Position numbers and translations under genes: made by a program. Of a DNA stretch of 64,000 nucleotides, positions 36,558-46,237 are shown one piece after another. The DNA comes from Gammaproteobacteria bacterium (GTDB lineage Bacteria; Pseudomonadota; Gammaproteobacteria; Steroidobacterales; Rariloculaceae): assembly GCA_050485645.1 (NCBI GenBank), contig JBJHBT010000017.1, positions 2,752 to 66,751 of the forward strand. Reading direction: 5' to 3'. The notes beneath the pieces were generated by a model. It was not told where the DNA came from. It saw only the letters and a program-made list of their open reading frames with translations, and did no database searches. Positions within the stretch are counted from its first letter, which is position 1, and each line of letters starts with the position of its first letter.

Positions 36558-37787
36558 CTACAATGGCGGGCGGAGTAGCGCACCGCGGCGACTGCCGGTC
36601 CCCAGTGCCTGACGCATCAGCCAGCGACGTCCCGGACCGAACCACTGCACGGCGGAGAGTCCGAAACGGCGCGCCGGCGACACCCAGCCCGGCAGGTTGC
36701 CGCTGCGAGCGATCACATCCAGTGCCAGCAGCATCGCCAGGTTCTCGCCCTTGCTGGCGCGTTCATAACGGCGCAGTACCCGCAGATCGCCCGGCGACTG
36801 CCCTTCGTCCAGCGCCTGTTCCAGCGTACGGGCAAGCCGGGTTGCGTCCAGCAGGCCCAGATTCATTCCCTGACCGGCCAGCGGATGCACGGTGTGTGCC
36901 GCATCGCCGGCCAGCACCAGCCGCGGCGCGCAGTAGCGCAGGGCGTGCAGCGCGCGCAGAGGAAACGCAGCGCGCGGGGACGGTGCCGACAGCCGTCCCA
37001 GTACGCCGCCACTGGCCTGCTGCAATGCAACGAGAAAACTCGCCTCATCCGCGGCGAGCAGCGATTCCGCCTGCGCCACGGGCATGGACCACACGATCGA
37101 CACGCGACCGTCGGCCAGTGGCAGCAACGCCAGCGGGCCACCGGCAAGGAAACGCTGTCGGGCACACTGGCCGTGATCCAGTTCGCAGTCGATGTGCGCG
37201 ACCACGGCCTGCTGGCCATAGGCTTCGGTAACCACAGGCAGCTGCGCAAGTTCACGCAGCCGTGAGGCGCTGCCGTCCGCGGCCACGATCAGGTCGGCAC
37301 GGATGCGCTCACCGTCATCCAGTCTCACCATGACATCATCGGCGCCGGTGTCCAGCGACTTCACCCTGCGGCCGAAGGTCAGTGACGTTTCAGTACGCGT
37401 TCGCAGCACGTCCAGCAGTGCGACTCTCAGCAGGCTGTCTTCGACGATATGTCCGAGGTCCGGCTCGCCGATTTCGGCTGCATCGAAACGCAGTACGCCG
37501 ACGTCATCGTTCGGGCTCCCTTCCCACACCAGCATGCTGCGGTACGGGCTGACGCGCGCGGCAGTCACCGCATCCCATGCACCCACCGAGTCGAACAGCT
37601 GCTGCGACAGACGAGACAGTGCGTAGACACGCAGATCGGTGCGCTGCGCGGACCACTCGGGTGGATCGCGACCGTCGAGCACATGCACCTCGAGCTGGCG
37701 TTGATGAGCACCGCAGGCCAGTCGAGCCGCAAGCGCAAGACCGACCGGTCCACCGCCGACGATCAATACGCGGCATGAAGCTGTCAT
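36558..37787 (-). CDS. ubiI: UbiH/UbiI/VisC-family FAD monooxygenase (probably UbiI)
   Basis: IVGGGPVG, LRVYALS, AADG..S, AGDAAHTVHPLAGQGMNLG; follows ubiH. Confidence 0.75.
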   Translation of the reverse strand: MTASCRVLIVGGGPVGLALAARLACGAHQRQLEVHVLDGRDPPEWSAQRTDLRVYALSRLSQQLFDSVGAWDAVTAARVSPYRSMLVWEGSPNDDVGVLRFDAAEIGEPDLGHIVEDSLLRVALLDVLRTRTETSLTFGRRVKSLDTGADDVMVRLDDGERIRADLIVAADGSASRLRELAQLPVVTEAYGQQAVVAHIDCELDHGQCARQRFLAGGPLALLPLADGRVSIVWSMPVAQAESLLAADEASFLVALQQASGGVLGRLSAPSPRAAFPLRALHALRYCAPRLVLAGDAAHTVHPLAGQGMNLGLLDATRLARTLEQALDEGQSPGDLRVLRRYERASKGENLAMLLALDVIARSGNLPGWVSPARRFGLSAVQWFGPGRRWLMRQALGTGSRRGALLRPPL

Positions 37788-39034
37788 GGCGTGCCGACTG
37801 GCAGGCCACGTGCCAGCGCGGGCTGACGGCCGGCCAGCCCCATCATCTGCTCAGCCAGCACGGCCTTGAGCGGCGGCAGTCGATCGAACGCGGCCAGGCT
37901 CATGCCACGTACCAGACCCGCGCCCGGCACGCCGCAGCCGAACAGCTGCACCAGACCGTGTGTCAGAGTGACGACACGACGACGATCAGCGGCTCGCGCC
38001 TGGCGATAGTCCCGCAACACCGCCGGCGAGCCGACATCGGCATCGTTGTTCGCGCCGCGCTGCACTGCGGCGGCCAGACAGTCAGCCAGCTCCGCCACAT
38101 CCCGCAGCGCCAGATTGAAACCCTGACCGGCGACCGGATGCAGACTGGCGGCCGCATTGCCGATCAGCACCGCACGCTGCCCGTTGATCGACTCGCTGAC
38201 GACACGTCGCAGGGGGTGCACGATCCGCGTTCCGCACTGCCGGATGCTGCCCAGCCGGTAGCCGAAAGCGCGCTGCAGGCGCGCACGGAATGCGGCATCG
38301 GGCAGACTCATCAGCTCCGCGGCATCATCGGTGCGAACGGTCCAGACCACCGCCATGCGTCCCTGACCAAGCGGCAGCAACGCCAGCGGACCATGGGCGG
38401 TGAAGCGCTCGAAAGCGATTCCCCGATGCGGTTTCCCGGTAAGGCAGTTCACCACCACCGCAGACTGCGCATAGTCATCCTCGCGCGCAGCAATGCCCAG
38501 CGCACCGCGTAACGGCGAACCGGCGCCATCGGCGGCCACCAGCAATCGCGCATGCAGCGACTGCCTGCCAGTGGCCGACTCGACATCGACAACCACCGCA
38601 TCGTCCCGGTGCCGCACCGACACCACGCTGGCCGGCGCCAACGTTCGCAGCCGCGGCGCTTCGGTCAGTGCATCCCAGATCACCTTGCCCATGACACGGT
38701 TGGCGATCGTACAACCCAGCGCGGCGACGCCGTAGTCGCGCGCATGCAGTCGGGCCGTGCCAAACCGCCCGCGTTCACCGATATGGATGGTGGTGATGGG
38801 TTCGGCGTGGCCGGCCAGCGCCGCCCACAACCCCAGCCCGTCCAGAATCCGGCGTGATCCTTCGGCCAGTGCCGTACAGCGATCGTCGAAACTGGGTTGC
38901 GCCAGTTCACGCGGATCGCGCGCCTCGACCAGTGCGCAGGTCAGCGGCAGCGAAGCCAGTGCGTGCGCCAGCACGGAACCGACCAGTCCTCCGCCGACAA
39001 TCAGGACATCGACCGATGTCGCGTCATGGCTCAA
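37784..39034 (-). CDS. ubiH: 2-octaprenyl-6-methoxyphenol hydroxylase
   Basis: TTG start overlapping the pepP stop; IVGGGLVG, FDDR.TAL, AFERFT, LIGNAA.SLHPVAGQGFNL.LRD. Confidence 0.88.
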   Translation of the reverse strand: MSHDATSVDVLIVGGGLVGSVLAHALASLPLTCALVEARDPRELAQPSFDDRCTALAEGSRRILDGLGLWAALAGHAEPITTIHIGERGRFGTARLHARDYGVAALGCTIANRVMGKVIWDALTEAPRLRTLAPASVVSVRHRDDAVVVDVESATGRQSLHARLLVAADGAGSPLRGALGIAAREDDYAQSAVVVNCLTGKPHRGIAFERFTAHGPLALLPLGQGRMAVVWTVRTDDAAELMSLPDAAFRARLQRAFGYRLGSIRQCGTRIVHPLRRVVSESINGQRAVLIGNAAASLHPVAGQGFNLALRDVAELADCLAAAVQRGANNDADVGSPAVLRDYRQARAADRRRVVTLTHGLVQLFGCGVPGAGLVRGMSLAAFDRLPPLKAVLAEQMMGLAGRQPALARGLPVGTP

Positions 39035-40338
39035 CGCGTGCTCTCCATGAACCGCTCGATCTCCGCGGCGCCGGCCGGCAGCCCTTCGGTGAGGACGCGC
39101 GGCCCGTTGCGCGTCACCACCACGTCGTCTTCTATGCGTATGCCGATGCCGCGCCACGGCCGCGCGGCGCCGGGAGCGTCCGTGTTCACGTAGATGCCGG
39201 GCTCGATCGTCAGCACCATGCCCGGCTCGAGCAGTCGCCACTCGTCACCCACACGATAGTCGCCAACATCGTGCACATCCAGGCCCAGCCAGTGACCTGT
39301 GCGATGCATGAAGAATGACCGGTACGCGCCGTCGCGTATCAGGCTCGGGACGCGACCGCTGAGTATGCCCAGATCACGCAGGCCGCGGGTGATCACCTTT
39401 ACCGCCGCGTCGTGGGGATCGTTCCAGTGATTGCCTGGCTTCACGGCCGCGGTCGCGGCCTGATTGGCTTCATGGCAGATGTCATGCAGCTCGCGCTGCC
39501 GCTCACTGAAGCGCCCGTTGACCGGAAACGTGCGGGTAATGTCGGATGCGTACAGCCCATGCTCGCAACCGGCATCGATCAGCACCAGGTCTCCATCGTT
39601 CAGGACGGCGTTGTTCGCGCGGTAGTGCAGCACGCAGGCATTGGCACCCCCGGCAACGATGGGCGAGTACGAGCATTCCACACCGTTGCGACGGAACTCG
39701 TGCTGAAACTCCGCTTCCAGTTCGTATTCCTTCATGCCCGGACGACATATCCGCATCGCCCGCCTGTGTGCGACAACGGCGATCCGCGCGGCCTTGCGCA
39801 TTTCCGACAGCTCGGCGCGACTCTTGAACAGCCTCATTTCGTGCAGTAGATGGCCGAGCGCAACCAGCTCACCCGGCGCATGGGAACTCTGTCGTCTGGC
39901 GTTCAGCGCCGTGATCCAGCCCAGCATGCGCTGGTCGAATTCCGCCATGACGCCCATTGCGCAATAGACGCGTTCGCGCGGCTCGAGCAGACCGGGGAGT
40001 ATGTCCTCCAGGTCCGATACCGGAAACGCATCGTCGGCACCGTAGCGCTCGATCGCACCAGCGGGTCCGGCACGCGGCCCGTCCCACTGCTCGCGCGCGG
40101 GGTCGCGTTCGCGACAGAACATGATGAATTCGCCCTGCTCACGACCCGGCACGAAGACGGCGACGGCGTCGGGTTCATCGAATCCGGTGAGATACCAGAA
40201 ATCGCTGTCCTGACGATAGGCGTAGGTGCTGTCGCGGTTGCGCGTGCGTTCCGGTGCCGCGGCGACGACGGCGATGCCCTCGTGCCCGATCATCTCCATC
40301 AGGTGGCGGCGTCGCCGCGCGAATTCTTTTGCATCCAT
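39031..40338 (-). CDS. pepP: Xaa-Pro aminopeptidase
   Basis: YRQDSDF.YLTGF.EP, LIDAG.E...YASDITRTFP, HRTGHWLGLDVHD, TIEPG, RIEDD. Confidence 0.96.
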   Translation of the reverse strand: MDAKEFARRRRHLMEMIGHEGIAVVAAAPERTRNRDSTYAYRQDSDFWYLTGFDEPDAVAVFVPGREQGEFIMFCRERDPAREQWDGPRAGPAGAIERYGADDAFPVSDLEDILPGLLEPRERVYCAMGVMAEFDQRMLGWITALNARRQSSHAPGELVALGHLLHEMRLFKSRAELSEMRKAARIAVVAHRRAMRICRPGMKEYELEAEFQHEFRRNGVECSYSPIVAGGANACVLHYRANNAVLNDGDLVLIDAGCEHGLYASDITRTFPVNGRFSERQRELHDICHEANQAATAAVKPGNHWNDPHDAAVKVITRGLRDLGILSGRVPSLIRDGAYRSFFMHRTGHWLGLDVHDVGDYRVGDEWRLLEPGMVLTIEPGIYVNTDAPGAARPWRGIGIRIEDDVVVTRNGPRVLTEGLPAGAAEIERFMESTR

Positions 40339-40353
40339 CGGGTAACCGGTCCG

Positions 40354-40956
40354 TCAATGCAGCGTGCGCTGATCCAGCTTCGTGCGCACCGCCGCGAGTT
40401 CCTCAAATACGATCTGCACGCTGACGCGCACATACTCGACCACTTCCAGCAGCGCGAAGTCCGGCTGTGCCGGCTCCTCGGATGAATCATCCTCCAGGAC
40501 CGCGCGACTGATCTCCGAAAAGTCGTTGAAAATCTCGGTGATCGTGTCTCGGCCGCGATCATCGAGCATCTGCGGATCCAGTCCACCCAGTCCGAGCCCC
40601 GCGAGAAAGCCCTGACACCATTCCGCCAGCGCTTGCACGCGTTCGGGCAGCGGCTTTTCGTCGTGCGGCAGCAGCGGCTCGAAGCCCAGCTCGTCACCGG
40701 CCAGCGTGCGCCAGGCATCGATGCCGAGTTCGTTGAGCCGGGAGCGCAATCGCGCGATGGTTTCCAAATCGCCGCCGGCGTCTTTCAGACACTCATCCAA
40801 CCAGCGCTCGCTCGCGTCACCGCCACCGCTGCACAGCAGCCCGCAGACGCATCCATGCAGCTCCGCCACGCCGGAGACCACGCCGGCTTCCCTCAGCGCC
40901 GAACCCAGCGCCGCATAGTCGATGTTGTCGCCACCCGTCACTGTGTTCCCGCCCAT
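40354..40956 (-). CDS. ygfB: UPF0149 (YgfB/YecA) family protein
   Basis: AELHGCVCG, WCQGFL.GLG, EVVEYVRV; upstream of pepP. Start approximate. Confidence 0.88.
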   Translation of the reverse strand: MGGNTVTGGDNIDYAALGSALREAGVVSGVAELHGCVCGLLCSGGGDASERWLDECLKDAGGDLETIARLRSRLNELGIDAWRTLAGDELGFEPLLPHDEKPLPERVQALAEWCQGFLAGLGLGGLDPQMLDDRGRDTITEIFNDFSEISRAVLEDDSSEEPAQPDFALLEVVEYVRVSVQIVFEELAAVRTKLDQRTLH

Positions 40957-41045
40957 CCGTTTGCGCGGACCAATGCTAACACCGGCGCCTGCCCCGCCCC
41001 AGCCATCGTGCCTGCCTGCGATCCAGGCGCCGGCGGACCTGGCGA

Positions 41046-41075
41046 TTGACCGTCGGATGCCGCGCACTCTATATT
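41046..41075 (+). promoter_or_regulatory. sigma70-type promoter TTGACC-N18-TATATT, 6 nt before ATG 41082 (leaderless candidate)
   Basis: Read directly from the sequence; no SD. Confidence 0.6.
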
Positions 41076-41081
41076 CCGCGC

Positions 41082-41315
41082 ATGAGTACCGACCCGAACG
41101 TGCATCGATTCGATCTCGAATTGCAGAGACTTGAGAAGCGCCTGGAAGAACTGGTGCTGATCTGCAAGCAGCTGCAGGAAGAGAATCGATCGTTACGACA
41201 GCGTCAGGACACACTGACGGCCGAGCGCGCGCAGCTGTTGCAGCGCAATGAACAGGTCCGTGGCCGGGTGGAAGCCATGATCGGCCGACTCAAGGGCATG
41301 GAGCAGACCTCGTGA
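41082..41315 (+). CDS. TIGR02449-family coiled-coil protein (ZapB-like)
   Basis: 77 aa of heptads ending RVEAMIGRLKGME; upstream of zapA. Confidence 0.88.
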   Translation: MSTDPNVHRFDLELQRLEKRLEELVLICKQLQEENRSLRQRQDTLTAERAQLLQRNEQVRGRVEAMIGRLKGMEQTS

Positions 41316-41626
41316 CCGACAGTTTCACGCAGGTCACGATACGCATTCTCGAGAAGGAATATCAGGTGGCCTGCCCGGTGTCGGAGCGCGCCGCGCTGCT
41401 CGCCTCCGCGGAACTCCTGAACAAGAAGATGCGCGAAATCCGTGACAGCGGCAAGGTCGTCGGGCTCGATCGCGTCGCTGTCATGGCAGCGCTGAACATG
41501 GCCAATGAGCTGATCCAGGCGCAGGGCTTCAGCGAACAGATGGCCAACGTGGTCGGCACCCGGGTGCGCACGATGCGCGAACGCCTGGATTCAGCACTCG
41601 GTCCACCCAAGCAACTACCGCTGTAA
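41312..41626 (+). CDS. zapA: Cell division protein ZapA
   Basis: ILEKEYQVACP, KMREIR..GKVVGLDRVAVMAALN. Confidence 0.93.
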   Translation: MTDSFTQVTIRILEKEYQVACPVSERAALLASAELLNKKMREIRDSGKVVGLDRVAVMAALNMANELIQAQGFSEQMANVVGTRVRTMRERLDSALGPPKQLPL

Positions 41627-41709
41627 CCCATACGGCTGGGCCGGTCCTGCCCGTACCGGGCAGATCGGACTGACTACGGCCGCTATCAATAGTATCCTGA
41701 CAGCCATGG

Positions 41710-41893
41710 TGTTCCCTGCGGTGTTCGACGCGAATTGGAAGTCTTTCGACCCTAACTCATGATCCAGGGGTTACCGTCTGTCGGTGGCGTTGTGCAGATC
41801 CGGTCTACCCGGGTAGCCTGCAACCATCACGGCCTACCCCACTTGTTGCTCCGGTTCGAGAGCAACGATTCGTGACGGCACAGGCGGGGAGCA
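41710..41893 (+). ncRNA. ssrS: 6S RNA
   Basis: Canonical zapA-6S-ygfA position; 5' TGTTCCCTGC pairs with 3' GCGGGGAGCA; about 184 nt; 5' CCCTG..GTGTTCG resembles known 6S RNAs. Confidence 0.85.
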
Positions 41894-41900
41894 CCTCTCC

Positions 41901-42542
41901 TTGACAACACCAGACCAAACCGCGCAGGCACACCATGCCGCCGAACGTCGCGCGCTGCGCAGACAGGTACGGGCACAGCGCCGCGAATTCCCGCCAGCCG
42001 CGCGCGCGGCCGCCGACTCGCAGATCCTGCGCAGAATACTTGCGCTGCCGGCTTTCCGGGCAGCGCGCAATATCGCCGTCTACTTCGCCTTCGACGGTGA
42101 GCCATCGCTGTCGACGCTGATGCGCATCGCCGAACGTCGCGGCAAACGCCTGTTCGCTCCAGTCATCAATGCCGAACATATGCATTTCGCCCCGGTAGAC
42201 CGAAGCGCACGGATGAACACGAATTTCTTTGGCATCCACGAGCCCCGGAACGCGCGGGCATTCGATGCCCGGCGGCTGGATCTGGTGCTCACCCCACTGG
42301 TTGCGTTCGATGAGTACGGAACGCGCATCGGCGTGGGACGTGGTTACTACGACAGGGCATTCGAGTTTCTTGGCCACCGATCATCATGGCTGCGGCCGCG
42401 ACTGGTGGGAGTGGCCTACAGTTTCCAGTGCATGCAAAACCCGCTGCATCGTTCGCACTGGGACATCCCATTGGTGGGTGCCGTCACCGAAGCGCGGACG
42501 TATCGCTTCGATACCAATGCCGCGCATCAGCCGACTCCTTAG
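41901..42542 (+). CDS. ygfA: 5-formyltetrahydrofolate cyclo-ligase
   Basis: IAVYFAFDGE, GI.EP, LDLVLTPLVAFD..G.RIGVGRGYYDR, WDIPL. Confidence 0.93.
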   Translation: MTTPDQTAQAHHAAERRALRRQVRAQRREFPPAARAAADSQILRRILALPAFRAARNIAVYFAFDGEPSLSTLMRIAERRGKRLFAPVINAEHMHFAPVDRSARMNTNFFGIHEPRNARAFDARRLDLVLTPLVAFDEYGTRIGVGRGYYDRAFEFLGHRSSWLRPRLVGVAYSFQCMQNPLHRSHWDIPLVGAVTEARTYRFDTNAAHQPTP

Positions 42543-42565
42543 ACCAACAGCCCGGGAGGGTTTCG

Positions 42566-43030
42566 ATGAACTACTGGCTGCTCAAGTCCGAACCTTCGAC
42601 CTTCAGCATCGAGGATCTGGCCGCCAGTCCGGGTCGACGGACATGCTGGGATGGCGTGCGCAATTATCAGGCGCGAAACTTCATTCGGGACGAAATGCGG
42701 CGCGGCGACCGCGCTTTTTTTTACCACTCCAGCTGCGCGCAACCGGGCATTGCCGGCATCGTCCGCATCGCGCGCGCCGCCTATCCGGATCACACCCAGT
42801 TCGACCCGGAGAGTCCTTACCATGATCCCGACAGCGAGCCGTCCGACCCGCGTTGGTACATGGTGGACATCACACTCGACAAGGCGTTCAACCGCGTCAT
42901 AACCCTGCCAGAACTGCGTGAACACACGGCTGGCGGGCTTTCCGGCATGACTTTGTTGCGGCGTGGAAACCGGCTTTCGGTGATGCCAGTGAGCGACGAT
43001 CACTGGGAGTTCATCCTGAAACTTTTGTGA
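42566..43030 (+). CDS. EVE domain protein
   Basis: MNYWLLKSEP.TFSI.DL, WDGVRNYQARNF, GD..FFYHS, RLSV.PV...W. SD GGGAGG. Confidence 0.95.
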   Translation: MNYWLLKSEPSTFSIEDLAASPGRRTCWDGVRNYQARNFIRDEMRRGDRAFFYHSSCAQPGIAGIVRIARAAYPDHTQFDPESPYHDPDSEPSDPRWYMVDITLDKAFNRVITLPELREHTAGGLSGMTLLRRGNRLSVMPVSDDHWEFILKLL

Positions 43031-43206
43031 GGCTGCATCGCCCTGCTGCACATCGACACGACGCGTTTTGTTTTCACAACTGAGCATCCAGTCACACTTC
43101 CTGGTTGGACACGCTTGGGCGTTGATGCGCAAAAATCGGTAACACGCTGGAATTTTTGATCCTTTTATATATACTCAACGCCGTTTAACCGACACGGAGA
43201 CTACCC

Positions 43207-43569
43207 ATGGCTCAAGAATCGGCTTCTCAGAAAAAGACATCTGTGAAAAAGACGTCTACCAAGCGTAAGTCTGTACGACGCAAGGTAGCGAAGAAACCTG
43301 CCGCCAAGAAGAAGGCTACCAAGAAGCGAGTAGCGAAGAAGGCGGCGAAGAAAAAGACGACCAAGAAAAAGGCAGCCAAGAAAAAGACCAAGAAAAAAGT
43401 AGCCAAGAAGAAAACCGCCAAGAAGAAAACCAAGAAGAAAGTGGCGAAGAAAAAAGCTGCCAAGAAAAAGACCAAAAAGAAAGTAGCCAAGAAAAAGACA
43501 ACCAAGGCTCGCGGTAAGAAGGCCACCAAGAAGAAGGCAGCCCGCAAGACCGCGCGTAAGAAGCGGTAA
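43207..43569 (+). CDS. Lysine-rich histone-H1-like (Hc2/AlgP-type) basic protein
   Basis: 120 aa with 58 Lys, 8 Arg and 1 acidic residue (counted); SD GGAG; AT-rich promoter region upstream and terminator downstream. Confidence 0.85.
   Translation: MAQESASQKKTSVKKTSTKRKSVRRKVAKKPAAKKKATKKRVAKKAAKKKTTKKKAAKKKTKKKVAKKKTAKKKTKKKVAKKKAAKKKTKKKVAKKKTTKARGKKATKKKAARKTARKKR
43375..43500 (+). repeat. Three imperfect 42-bp repeats encoding AKKKTKKKVAKKK(T/A)
   Basis: Units start at 43375, 43417 and 43459. Confidence 0.9.
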
Positions 43570-43616
43570 GATGTTTGACCGCTCAATGGAGTCGTGATTC
43601 GACTCTATGCCTCAAC

Positions 43617-43647
43617 AAGTGCCCGCTACGTAGCGGGCACTTTTTTT
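43617..43647 (+). terminator. Rho-independent terminator
   Basis: AAGTGCCCGCTA-CG-TAGCGGGCACTT perfect stem running into T7. Confidence 0.9.
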
Positions 43648-43661
43648 CCGCCGGGTGAACC

Positions 43662-44318
43662 ATGAATCAGAACGAACTCAAGCGTAACGCCGCGCTGGCG
43701 GCAATGGAGTATCTGCAGGATGGCATGGCGCTGGGCGTGGGCACCGGCAGCACGGTGGACCATCTGATCGACGCCCTGGCGAACACCCGCCGCAGGCCGG
43801 ACGTCGTCGTTTCAAGCTCCGAACGATCTACGGCCCGGTTGCGCGACGCGGGAATCGAAGTCGTCGAGCTTGCCGAAGTCGGCACCCTGGATCTGTACAT
43901 CGACGGCGCCGATGAAGCCACCAAGCATCGTCACCTGGTGAAAGGCGGTGGCGGTGCGCTGACGCGCGAAAAGGTGCTCGCGGCGGCGTCCAGAAAGTTC
44001 GTATGCATTGCCGATGAGTCGAAACTGGTCGGCATGCTGGGTCGATTTCCGCTGCCCGTGGAAGTCGTGCCGATGGCGCGATCCTACGTTTCGCGCCAGT
44101 TCGTGAAGGCCGGTGGACAACCGATCTGGCGCGATGGATTCGTCACCGACAACGGCAACCAGATTCTGGACGTGCACAATCTGACGATTGCGAATCCGCT
44201 GGAAATGGAGTCGCGCTTCAATCAGATAGCGGGCGTGGTCACGGTGGGACTGTTCGCCCGTCGACCGGCGGATGTGCTGCTGATCGCGGCGGCCGGCGGC
44301 ATCAAGACGATCAGTTAG
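43662..44318 (+). CDS. rpiA: Ribose-5-phosphate isomerase A
   Basis: [35 protein letters not shown]. Confidence 0.97.
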   Translation: MNQNELKRNAALAAMEYLQDGMALGVGTGSTVDHLIDALANTRRRPDVVVSSSERSTARLRDAGIEVVELAEVGTLDLYIDGADEATKHRHLVKGGGGALTREKVLAAASRKFVCIADESKLVGMLGRFPLPVEVVPMARSYVSRQFVKAGGQPIWRDGFVTDNGNQILDVHNLTIANPLEMESRFNQIAGVVTVGLFARRPADVLLIAAAGGIKTIS

Positions 44319-44335
44319 GCGGGCACGGCCGGGAG

Positions 44336-44409
44336 TGGCTGGGGGACCAGGATTCGAACCTGGGTTCTCGGAGTCAGAGTCCGATGTCTTGCCTCTAGAC
44401 GATCCCCCA
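44336..44409 (-). tRNA. tRNA-Gln (anticodon CTG), CCA encoded
   Basis: TGGGGGATCGTCTAGAGGCAAGACATCGGACTCTGACTCCGAGAACCCAGGTTCGAATCCTGGTCCCCCAGCCA folds as a cloverleaf. Confidence 0.97.
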
Positions 44410-44453
44410 ATCCAGAAGCGCGAATCCTGCCCCGGATGCCCGGGAAACGCGAA

Positions 44454-44846
44454 TCAGCGCTTGGAGAACTGGGTGGCCCGGCGAGCCTTGCGCAAACCAA
44501 CCTTCTTACGCTCGACTTCACGTGCGTCGCGGGTAACGAACCCGGCACGACGCAGCGGCTGACGCAGTGTTTCATCGTAAGCCATCAGCGCCCGCGTGAT
44601 CCCGTGCCTGATTGCACCGGCCTGGCCGGTGGTGCCGCCACCCCTGACCGTGACGTGAATATCGAAGCGGTCGGTCAGTTCGGCCACTTCCAGCGGCTGG
44701 CGCACGATCATGCGCGCGGTCTTGCGACCGAAAAAATCATCCAGAAGGCGGCCGTTGATGCGGATCTCCCCGCTGCCGGGCTTCAGAAATACACGTGCGG
44801 CCGAGGTCTTGCGCCGGCCCGTACCATAGTTGGAAAGCGTCGCCAT
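44454..44846 (-). CDS. rpsI: 30S ribosomal protein S9
   Basis: [39 protein letters not shown]. Confidence 0.99.
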   Translation of the reverse strand: MATLSNYGTGRRKTSAARVFLKPGSGEIRINGRLLDDFFGRKTARMIVRQPLEVAELTDRFDIHVTVRGGGTTGQAGAIRHGITRALMAYDETLRQPLRRAGFVTRDAREVERKKVGLRKARRATQFSKR

Positions 44847-44863
44847 ATCAGCGGAACTCCGGG

Positions 44864-45292
44864 TCAGAAGGACAGCGGCGCAGGCTGCTGCGCCTCATGC
44901 GGATGGGATGGGCCGCGGACCACCTTCAGTTTCCTGAGCATCTGGCGACCCAGCGGATTGCGGGGCAGCATGCCCTTCACAGCCAGCTCCAGCACCCGCT
45001 CCGGAGCGCGCGCCAGCAGGTTCTCCAGCGGCTCGGATTTCAGGTTGCCGATGTACCCGGTGTGATGATGGTACATCTTGTCCTTGAGCTTGCGACCGGT
45101 GACGCGGATCTTTTCCGCGTTGATCACAACAATGTAGTCGCCGGTATCGACATGCGCCGTGTACACGGGCTTGTGCTTGCCGCGCAGACGACTGGCGATT
45201 TCGGTTGCCAGTCGGCCAAGGGTCTGCCCCGTGGCGTCGACGACGTACCAGTCACGCCGGACGGTCTCCGGCTTTGCGGAATATGTTTTCAT
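44864..45292 (-). CDS. rplM: 50S ribosomal protein L13
   Basis: WYVVDA....LGRLA..IA..LRGKHKP.YT.HVDTGD, KGMLP. Confidence 0.99.
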   Translation of the reverse strand: MKTYSAKPETVRRDWYVVDATGQTLGRLATEIASRLRGKHKPVYTAHVDTGDYIVVINAEKIRVTGRKLKDKMYHHHTGYIGNLKSEPLENLLARAPERVLELAVKGMLPRNPLGRQMLRKLKVVRGPSHPHEAQQPAPLSF

Positions 45293-45418
45293 CGTGGTGG
45301 CTGCCGCTGATTATCCGGGCCGCACCGGCCCGGCGAAAGGCGGAATACTACTGATGCGGCCTGCCCGGCGCAACAGGCGAAACCGCCAATCTTGCCTCGG
45401 GCCGGCTTGCGGCCATGC

Positions 45419-46150
45419 TCAGAAGGCGTATTCCAGTGAAACCGACGAGAAAATATCCGTGCGGACCGACCCGGGCGGCACGTCCGAGTCACGCCGCAGG
45501 CGGTACGAGACAACCAGGGCGATGTCCGTGAACAGCCTTGCGCGCAGCGCCGAGACGGATTCCGTGCGGGTATTGGACGAGCCGGATTCCACGACCAGCT
45601 CCTGGGCGAACGAGGTGGTGGAATTGAGCGTCCACTCGTAGTCGAGCGTCGCACGGGCAATCGCCTCTTCCGTGGTGGCGCCGTCGATACGGCGCGCGAA
45701 ACGCCGGCCCAGACCGGCCTCGACGTTGAATTCGTGATTATCGGTATCAACCACCGTGTGGCCATAGCCGAGTGATTCCGAACGCTGCCGTTGATAGGCC
45801 GCGAACCGGTTCTTGTTCCAGTCGAGCGCTGCGAACATGAAGCTGCGCCCCCAGGCGCGGCGCGCCACGTAGCGGCCGGTGTACGCTTCGGTGGTGGTTT
45901 CCTCCTCGCGCGTCGCGCCCACGGCGGACAGATCCCACTCATGACTCCATTCATTCGGCACATAGCGCAGACGCAGCCGTGCGTTGGTATTGGTGCTTTC
46001 CGTGTTACCGGTGGTGGACAGAAAACCCAGGGTTGCGCGGCCCGACACCGTGTCTTCGTCGCCCTGCGCGCTGGCCGCGGTGGCGAGAAACTGGCCCGCC
46101 AGCACAAAGCCGGCCAGGCGTCCGGACAACGCAACAGATCGCTTGAGCAT
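45419..46150 (-). CDS. DUF481/YdiY-like outer-membrane beta-barrel protein
   Basis: Signal peptide, G...TTGNTES, alternating beta-strand pattern, C-terminal LEYAF; SD GGGAG. Confidence 0.8.
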   Translation of the reverse strand: MLKRSVALSGRLAGFVLAGQFLATAASAQGDEDTVSGRATLGFLSTTGNTESTNTNARLRLRYVPNEWSHEWDLSAVGATREEETTTEAYTGRYVARRAWGRSFMFAALDWNKNRFAAYQRQRSESLGYGHTVVDTDNHEFNVEAGLGRRFARRIDGATTEEAIARATLDYEWTLNSTTSFAQELVVESGSSNTRTESVSALRARLFTDIALVVSYRLRRDSDVPPGSVRTDIFSSVSLEYAF

Positions 46151-46237
46151 CAAAAAACTCCCAAAATCGGCGAAAAAACGGCAGAAAGTCCGCTGGATCT
46201 CCCCCTGTACCCGCGGATGGCGCAGTATAATCGACGC

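Noticed and set aside
43081-43096. CRP-like site TGAGC-N6-TCACA upstream of the H1-like gene
   Set aside because: Only 8/10 with one poor half-site; not distinguishable from chance without data.
44336-44409. tRNA-Gln as a genomic-island attachment site
   Set aside because: The 3' flank runs straight into rpiA; no integrase and no duplicated tRNA 3' end were seen.
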